This document shows positions 47,460 to 53,601 of a stretch of DNA of 53,601 bases, in pieces. The position numbers were made by a program, and so were the translations under genes. Every line of letters begins with the position of its first letter. Position 1 is the stretch's first letter. The stretch is from Bacteriovoracaceae bacterium (lineage in GTDB: Bacteria; Bdellovibrionota; Bacteriovoracia; Bacteriovoracales; Bacteriovoracaceae): positions 62,001 through 115,601 of the forward strand of contig JABIHA010000074.1 in assembly GCA_018649885.1 (NCBI GenBank). Direction: 5' to 3'. The notes below the pieces were generated by a model. That model searched no databases and had not been told where the DNA came from. It saw only the letters and a program-made list of their open reading frames with translations.

Positions 47460-47492
47460 AAAAAGGCCACTCAAATTGAGTGGCCTTTTTTT
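47460..47492. terminator. Bidirectional intrinsic terminator between convergent genes
   Basis: AAAAA-GGCCACTCAA-a-TTGAGTGGCC-TTTTTTT. Confidence 0.9.
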
Positions 47493-47520
47493 GGCTAATT
47501 CATTTTCTTTTTGATTATCT

Positions 47521-48915
47521 CTAAAACTTGGCGTTGCCCTGTACTCTTGGAAAGGCCATGACGTCTCGGATATTGTGAAGGCCTGTGACGTATTGAACCA
47601 TGCGCTCGAAGCCTAAGCCGAAACCACCGTGAGGTGCAGTTCCGTATTTTCTTAGATCTAGGTACCACCAGTAATCACTTTCTGAGAGGTTCATCTCTTT
47701 AATTCTCTTTTTTAGAGTGTCGAGCTTTTCCTCTCTTTGTGAGCCGCCGATAATTTCGCCGATCCCAGGAACCAGGACGTCCATTGCTCTGACGGTTTTG
47801 CCGTCATCGCTTAGTTTCATATAAAAGGCCTTGATGTCTTTTGGGTAATCAGTGACGATGACCGGGCCTTGGTGGAATCCCTCGGTGAGGTATCTTTCAT
47901 GTTCAGTTTGGAGATCGATTCCCCACTTGGGCGCGAACTCAAAATTTTCTTTAGCATGTGCGGCCTCTAAAATTTCGATCGCTTTAGTGTAAGTGATTTT
48001 TACTACCTCGGAAGTCACCACACCTTGGAGTCTTTCGACGAGTCCTGGAGACTCTCGTTTTTCTATGAACTCCAGCTCCTTTGGGCAATGAGACAGACAG
48101 TAGTTAATAAGGTATTTCATGTACTCAATTGCTAAATCGGCCACTTCATCAAGACCTGCAAAGGCAATTTCGGGCTCGATCATCCAAAACTCTGAAAGGT
48201 GTCTGTGGGTGTGTGAGTTTTCGGCCCTAAAGGTTGGTCCAAATGTGTAGACCTTATTTAGACCCATGGAAAAACACTCCACATTGAGCTGTCCACTGAC
48301 AGTCAGATGAGTTGGGGCCCCAAAGTAATCTTTTGTGTAATCAATTTCACCTTTGTCATCAAGAGGGGGATTTTTTGGATCTAGGGTGCTGACCCTAAAC
48401 ATTTCACCGGCACCTTCACAGTCAGAGGCCGTGAGTATGGGGGTGTGAATCCAGTAAAAGTCTTGCTCTTGAAAAAAGCGGTGAGTGGCATATGAGAGTG
48501 CATTTTTAACTCTAAAGACGGCCCCGAATAATTGGGTCCTAGCACGGAGGTGAGCATTCTCTCTCAAAAACTCAAGGCTTGTGGCCTTCTTTTGGAGAGG
48601 GTAGTCAGCTTCCACGTGGCCCACAATAGTGAACTCTTTGGCGTCTAGCTCAACGGCCTGACCTTTGCCCTCGGAAACCCGGAGATCGCCTAAAACGCTG
48701 ATGCTGGTGCCATTAATCATCTTAGAAATTTCAGCATAATTGGAAAGTGAGGCATCTACCACAATTTGCATATTATCTTGGGTAGACCCATCATTGAAAA
48801 CGACAAAACAAAACTGTTTGCTTTTTCTGACAAAACGAACCCATCCCTCAACAACAACGCTGCCTTCGTGAATGCGATCTTTAATAATCTTTTTTACGCT
48901 GTGTAAACTGCTCAC
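47521..48915 (-). CDS. asnS: Asparagine-tRNA ligase
   Basis: Motifs DCEGAGEMF, LTVSGQL, FRAENS...HLSEFWMIEPE, DLQTEHE and GFGLGFER. Confidence 0.97.
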   Translation of the reverse strand: MSSLHSVKKIIKDRIHEGSVVVEGWVRFVRKSKQFCFVVFNDGSTQDNMQIVVDASLSNYAEISKMINGTSISVLGDLRVSEGKGQAVELDAKEFTIVGHVEADYPLQKKATSLEFLRENAHLRARTQLFGAVFRVKNALSYATHRFFQEQDFYWIHTPILTASDCEGAGEMFRVSTLDPKNPPLDDKGEIDYTKDYFGAPTHLTVSGQLNVECFSMGLNKVYTFGPTFRAENSHTHRHLSEFWMIEPEIAFAGLDEVADLAIEYMKYLINYCLSHCPKELEFIEKRESPGLVERLQGVVTSEVVKITYTKAIEILEAAHAKENFEFAPKWGIDLQTEHERYLTEGFHQGPVIVTDYPKDIKAFYMKLSDDGKTVRAMDVLVPGIGEIIGGSQREEKLDTLKKRIKEMNLSESDYWWYLDLRKYGTAPHGGFGLGFERMVQYVTGLHNIRDVMAFPRVQGNAKF

Positions 48916-48928
48916 TCTACCACCTACT

Positions 48929-49945
48929 CTATTTAGCTGAATAATCTTTTAAAATTTTACTGGCAAGTTCTTTGGGAATTCGAGGTCCAAAGTGAGTGAC
49001 CACTTCTGCTGCCGCTCTTGAGGCAAGTGCTGCTGACTCAGGATAGCTATGTCCGTGAGTGATGCCATATAAAAAGGCCCCTGCAAACATATCCCCTGCT
49101 CCATTGCTATCCACGGCCTCAACTTTATGTGGGGCCACTTGATGGTAATTTTCACCATCATATATCAAGGCACCCTGCTCACCTAAAGTGATGGCAAATG
49201 TATGAGCAAAATCTCTAAGTTTTCTTGAGGCATCCTCTAAGGAGTTTTCTCCCACAAAGTGGTAGGCTTCCTTTTCATTGCAAAAGATCAGGTCAACTTT
49301 TTCGCCGATAATTTCTAAAAGGCCATCGTGGAAGTATTCAACCATGCTGGGATCAGATAGTGATAAGGCGACTTTTACCCCATTTTTTTGGGCGTGCTCT
49401 CTCGCCTTAATAGCAGCTGTCTTTCCAGTGGGTGTGGCTACTAGGTAGCCTTCAATATATAGATACTCTGCAAGCTCTAGCTCACTTTGGTTAATTTCAT
49501 CTTCACCATAAGTGGCCGTGATGCCCAAGTATGTGTTCATTGTTCTTTCAGCATCAGGAGTTACCATCACAAGACATTTTCCTGTGGTCCCTGTGGTTCC
49601 AGGGTGCTGGTTCGTGGCGACACCTTCATTTTGAAGATCTTCCACATAGAACTTTCCCATTTCGTCAGAGGCGACTTTACAAGAATAGTATGAATTCCCG
49701 CCAAACTGAGAAATAGCGATGACAGAGTTAGCAGCAGAACCTCCGCAGGCCTTCTTGAGAGGTAAGCGTCCAAGGGCGGATAAAAGCTCAGTTTGTCTGG
49801 CCTCTTCCACAAGAGTCATAAGTCCTTTTTTAACTTCATTACTTTCGATGAATTGGTCCTCAACTTTGAACTCCATATCAACTAGTGCATTGCCCATCCC
49901 ATAAACATGATACTTTTTCATTTCAAAAGCCTTTGTCTCTAACAT
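48929..49945 (-). CDS. PfkB-family (adenosine kinase-like) sugar/nucleoside kinase
   Basis: Motifs GNALVD, GGSAANS, DAERTM and DSNGAGDMFAG. Confidence 0.9.
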   Translation of the reverse strand: MLETKAFEMKKYHVYGMGNALVDMEFKVEDQFIESNEVKKGLMTLVEEARQTELLSALGRLPLKKACGGSAANSVIAISQFGGNSYYSCKVASDEMGKFYVEDLQNEGVATNQHPGTTGTTGKCLVMVTPDAERTMNTYLGITATYGEDEINQSELELAEYLYIEGYLVATPTGKTAAIKAREHAQKNGVKVALSLSDPSMVEYFHDGLLEIIGEKVDLIFCNEKEAYHFVGENSLEDASRKLRDFAHTFAITLGEQGALIYDGENYHQVAPHKVEAVDSNGAGDMFAGAFLYGITHGHSYPESAALASRAAAEVVTHFGPRIPKELASKILKDYSAK

Positions 49946-50072
49946 TTATATTCCCCATTTTTGTCACATGAGCTCCCACTATACACATTCCAATATAGTG
50001 TGTGAACGAGGAATTGAGGCCCAAAGGGCGCATCTGTCGCGCTATTTCATAATATGAGATTTGGGCGCTTTT

Positions 50073-50089
50073 TTGGCACGTGCTTTGCT
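50073..50089 (+). promoter_or_regulatory. Sigma54 promoter (consensus match)
   Basis: TTGGCACG-TGCT-TTGCT with GG-N10-GC spacing, 105 nt before the ATG at 50195. Confidence 0.78.
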
Positions 50090-50194
50090 CTTACTAAGGG
50101 CATAACACGGTTTTGGTGCTTATCAAGAGAGAAATAGTTGTCGATTTTTTTGACAGCTGTCATAAGGACCAATTCCATTTGAGGAGATACATTT

Positions 50195-51013
50195 ATGAAC
50201 AGGTGTGGAAAATTGGCCCTATTGGGGGTATTCCTATTTGGTGTTGCGCCCATGAACAATGGAATTGCAAAGTCTAAATTGGTCTTCGATCAGTGTAACA
50301 TCAAGGTTATTCAATTCTACGATTACAACAAACACAATAAACTCAATGTAGATGAAGGCTATGTCGGTCAAGATATGCTCGATATTTTCACTGATGCCGA
50401 GCTTGGTGGCTTTGAAAATGCGGAAGTTTTGGATCTCACAAAAAAGGAGTTCCATGACAATAAGAGAGATGATTTTGAGGGTTATATTAAAGATAATCTA
50501 AGTGACGGCGAAGTTTACGCCAGCTTCAGAACCCACTGTTATAAATTCCTTGATGTATCTCCAAAGGTTGTTAAGGGGAGAAGAAAGCATCGAAAAAAAC
50601 ACTACAAATATAATCTCAAATGTAGAATCGCCATGCAAATTGGATCTATCTTTCAAACTCCCGATGGTGAGGAGCACGTCATGACAAGAATGGAGTCTGC
50701 TGGTTTTAGAAAGAAAAACCTCCGTTTTGCTAGAAAGGCCCGCGCCCACGATAAAGTTGAGTTAACAGACGAGCAGCTTGAAGTTATCGAAACGAGAGTG
50801 GACGGCGAATTTGAAACTGAAAGGGCCCGTAGAAGAGGTGAAGTTGATAGAGAAGAATACAATGATCGCTTGGATCGAATTGAAAGGGTTTATGACGAAG
50901 AGTTTGTTTACCCAATCCATAGAAATATCCATCAGGCCATGAAAGAGGCTTATGTAGCTGGTGTTCGAAAAATACTTAAAAGAAAGAAATATACTTGTAA
51001 AGCACGCCAATAA
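50195..51013 (+). CDS. Secreted, highly charged hypothetical protein
   Basis: Signal peptide, GAGGAG RBS, 4 Cys in the mature part, basic and acidic blocks. Confidence 0.78.
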   Translation: MNRCGKLALLGVFLFGVAPMNNGIAKSKLVFDQCNIKVIQFYDYNKHNKLNVDEGYVGQDMLDIFTDAELGGFENAEVLDLTKKEFHDNKRDDFEGYIKDNLSDGEVYASFRTHCYKFLDVSPKVVKGRRKHRKKHYKYNLKCRIAMQIGSIFQTPDGEEHVMTRMESAGFRKKNLRFARKARAHDKVELTDEQLEVIETRVDGEFETERARRRGEVDREEYNDRLDRIERVYDEEFVYPIHRNIHQAMKEAYVAGVRKILKRKKYTCKARQ

Positions 51014-51021
51014 GACAATGC

Positions 51022-51060
51022 GCCTGACTCTTTTTTACACACTAGAGTCAGGCACTATTT
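51022..51060 (+). terminator. Probable terminator hairpin
   Basis: GCCTGACTCT-N12-AGAGTCAGGC directly after the stop codon, with a weak U-tract. Confidence 0.5.
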
Positions 51061-51235
51061 CAACCCTCCTGAAATTCAAACCAGTTGCGCACGAAGGCGG
51101 TGCCTATTTGCCCCATTTGCCCTGAATTTTTGCCACGCCCCCTTGAGAGAAACGCTGAGACATGCTTTAACCCTTCTCAAGTGTGATTTTGCCATGGTGG
51201 GCCAAAACAAAAACAAAATAATGAAGGAGAGGGAA

Positions 51236-51397
51236 ATGATCAAGTCTACTGTGAGAAAAAGCTTAAAGTTATCAGAAAAAATCTATGAGGCACTCCACAA
51301 AGCAAAAGAGCTATTTGAAAAAAATCTCAAAAAGCTTGAAGGAACTGACCTATCGGGATTGGGCCTTAGCGGCAATATCTCCTTTGGCATGAATTAA
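51236..51397 (+). CDS. 53-aa small protein, possibly ribbon-helix-helix-like
   Basis: Strong AAGGAGAGG RBS; VRKSLKLSEKIYEALHK pattern. Confidence 0.5.
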   Translation: MIKSTVRKSLKLSEKIYEALHKAKELFEKNLKKLEGTDLSGLGLSGNISFGMN

Positions 51398-52101
51398 CGA
51401 GCAAAATAAATATCATAACGGGTCGATTTACCGCTAACGCTGTGATCGACTCCATCAATTACTCGCTCTCCTTTTAAAGGCCTTTTAACTACCAGCTTCT
51501 TTCCGCTCATTCTCAAAAAATATTGAACTAATTTTTGATCATCCGAGCTTTCGCCTAAAAGATATTTTAGCATTCTCATCTCTTTGGAAGAAAGTGCCTT
51601 CTTTCTTTTTTGCTCCGGGTACATAGGGTCGAGAAAGATCACCCCCTCCCCTACACCTTCTTTTTCAAAATACTCACAGGCCTCACCCAAAAAAATCTGC
51701 CAGTTGCCCATGGCCTGAACCAAAGAGTTATCCCCATGCTCTAAAGCACGCTTTTTGGCATTTTCTAATAGAGAGAAAACCACAGGATTTCTTTCAATGG
51801 AGCATACGCGAAAGCCAAGAAACAGCATCAGTAATGAGTCCCCTCCTAAACCACAAGTGGCGTCGAGAACTTCAGTGTTCTTTTTCAATTTCCCTGCAAT
51901 GGCCTTGAAAAGAGGCTCTTTGGTTTTGGCCTTTAAACTACTTTGGTGATATTTCCACTGGCCCACAAAATCAAGCCAGAGAGGTGAGAAGTTTTCCCCC
52001 ACAAATTCTGGGCAATCTTTTTGGACACACAGCTTTAAAACCCCTTTCTCTTCGCAAAGAAGCAAACCTGGTGGCAAATATTTTTTGAGGTTTTGATCCA
52101 T
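51394..52101 (-). CDS. rsmJ: 16S rRNA m2G1516 methyltransferase RsmJ-like protein
   Basis: Motifs VLDATCGLGGD, ERNPVV, FLDPMYP, VVKRP and GKSTRYDIY. Confidence 0.88.
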   Translation of the reverse strand: MDQNLKKYLPPGLLLCEEKGVLKLCVQKDCPEFVGENFSPLWLDFVGQWKYHQSSLKAKTKEPLFKAIAGKLKKNTEVLDATCGLGGDSLLMLFLGFRVCSIERNPVVFSLLENAKKRALEHGDNSLVQAMGNWQIFLGEACEYFEKEGVGEGVIFLDPMYPEQKRKKALSSKEMRMLKYLLGESSDDQKLVQYFLRMSGKKLVVKRPLKGERVIDGVDHSVSGKSTRYDIYFAR

Positions 52102-52181
52102 ACCCTTAAATTCTTCTTAACCGCTTAGGGGCAACCATGTTAGATTGCTACCGATTTCATTTATCCAACAAGGAGGCCAAT

Positions 52182-53601
52182 GTGTCATCTACTCATACAC
52201 ACAATTTTGACTATGATCCATCCCTTCTGCCTAGAGAACTAAAAAAGCATTACATAAGTGCCAGTAATGAAGAAATTCAGCTGATGCTACAGGCCATAGG
52301 TGAAGACAAGTTAGACGACCTTTTCTCTCATATTCCAAAGGATGTTCACTTCGATCAAGACTTTAAATTTGAACCAGAGATGGATTATTTTGAGTTGGGA
52401 AATTTGCTTGAAGAAATCTCTCATAAAAACAATGTAAAGACCTCCTTTATCGGCTCGGGACTCCCCCAATACAAAATCATGGATATAGTCCCCTATGTTT
52501 GCAACCTAAGAGGCCTAACCACTGCTTACACTCCCTACCAACCTGAGAGAAGTCAGGGAACACTTAGAACCTTGTGGATCTATCAATCCCTCATCTCAAA
52601 ACTCACTGGCTTTGAGGCCATCAACGCCTCACTCTACGATCGATCCACCTGCCTATTTGAAGCACTTGGTACCGCCAAAAGACTTGTGAGAGGTTCTAGC
52701 AAAGTCATAGTTTGTGAGTCAATTTATCCTGGTGACATTGAAGTCTTAGAAACCTTAAAAGAGCATACAAAATTAGAAATAATTTATGCTCCACTAGACA
52801 AAAATACAGGCCTCACCGATATTTCAAAACTGATTGGTCTATTAGAAACCCATAGTGAAGGACTGGCCGCAGTTGCCTTTCCCCAAATCAACACTCTTGG
52901 TCTTTTAGAAAAGGTTGATGAGCTCACCGATCTTTGCAAGAAAAACAATATTAAAAGTATCGCTATCATTGACCCCATGACACTGGGAACTGGCGGCCTT
53001 AAGCCACCATCTGAGTTTGGTAGTGATGGCAGTGGCAGCGATATGATTGTAGGAGAAGGCCAACACTTGTGCCTTGCCGCTAATTTCGGAGGCCCAGGCC
53101 TTGGAATTTTTGGAATCCGCTACAATCCAAAACAAAAGAACTCCATTAGATCATCTGCTGGACGATTTGTAGGTAAAGCACGGGACGCAAGTGGCGAGGA
53201 AGCCTTTTGTATGGTGCTCTCCACTAGGGAGCAACATATCAGAAGAGAGAGGGCCACTTCCAATATTTGCTCCAATCAGGGCTTGCTGGCACTCGCGGCC
53301 GGCGTTTATATGAGCCTGCTTGGGCAAACGGGTATGCGCCATGTTGCTGAGCTTTGCTATCACAAGGCACATTATGCTGCTGAACAAATCGCTAATCTCC
53401 CCGGTTTTGAACTTTGCCACGACGAGCCTTTCTTCCACGAATTTGTGGTTTGCTGCAAAGAACCTGTTGCTGAGATCAACGCCCATTTGCTCGAACACGG
53501 CATCATCGGCGGCTACGATCTGGGACAGGATTATCCTGATATGCAAAATCACTTACTGATCGCTGTGACCGAAAAGAATAGCAAAGAAGAAATTGATGCC
53601 C
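52182..53601 (+). CDS. gcvP: Glycine dehydrogenase (decarboxylating) P-protein, GcvPA-type N-terminal part, 3'-truncated; absent from the ORF track
   Basis: AAGGAGG RBS with a GTG start. My translation is open to the window end and contains TAYTPYQPERSQG, NASLYD, FGGPGLG and TREQHIRRERATSNICSNQ. Confidence 0.93.
   Translation, partial: MSSTHTHNFDYDPSLLPRELKKHYISASNEEIQLMLQAIGEDKLDDLFSHIPKDVHFDQDFKFEPEMDYFELGNLLEEISHKNNVKTSFIGSGLPQYKIMDIVPYVCNLRGLTTAYTPYQPERSQGTLRTLWIYQSLISKLTGFEAINASLYDRSTCLFEALGTAKRLVRGSSKVIVCESIYPGDIEVLETLKEHTKLEIIYAPLDKNTGLTDISKLIGLLETHSEGLAAVAFPQINTLGLLEKVDELTDLCKKNNIKSIAIIDPMTLGTGGLKPPSEFGSDGSGSDMIVGEGQHLCLAANFGGPGLGIFGIRYNPKQKNSIRSSAGRFVGKARDASGEEAFCMVLSTREQHIRRERATSNICSNQGLLALAAGVYMSLLGQTGMRHVAELCYHKAHYAAEQIANLPGFELCHDEPFFHEFVVCCKEPVAEINAHLLEHGIIGGYDLGQDYPDMQNHLLIAVTEKNSKEEIDA

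Noticed and set aside
52180..52242. 20-codon ATG ORF overlapping the gcvP start as a leader peptide
   Set aside because: The ATG is only 3 nt from the SD while the GTG at 52182 is better spaced. The ORF has no Gly codons and there is no glycine riboswitch upstream.
52784..53559. Short ORFs listed in the track at the right edge
   Set aside because: All are alternative-frame or antisense shadows of gcvP, which the track missed because its stop lies outside the window.

Overview
This is a gene-dense, AT-rich chromosomal window. Gene content suggests a predatory Bdellovibrionota (Bacteriovoracia/Halobacteriovorax-like) genome; this is an inference from GYF_2, AgmX/PglI-type, pilin-like and secreted V8-like protease genes and from sigma28/sigma54 promoter matches. 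Most of it is housekeeping: accD-folC-lptD-GATase-TrpF-like-surE-nlpD, rsmI, oxyR, tilS-ftsH-folP, a tRNA(CAT), tex, fadIJ, waaA, tmk-holB-ricT-sbcDC, asnS, a PfkB kinase, rsmJ and a gcvP that runs off the right edge. I found no integrase, transposase, CRISPR array or rRNA. Four signals remain unexplained. (1) A 268-bp ungapped quasi-palindrome at 32185-32452 has two long stems, a symmetric bubble and mirror-image small hydrophobic ORFs. (2) A 105-nt rod hairpin at 15073-15177 carries the same GATGAnGAA motif on both sides of its internal loop. (3) A secreted acidic protein of about 1150 aa (7840-11313), behind a sigma28-like promoter, is built from Cys-paired modules whose single variable loop hosts tandem repeats and apparently a whole nested module. 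(4) There is a possible chimeric junction in gcvP near 53280. All assignments come from motif recognition and hand counts; no database searches were run.
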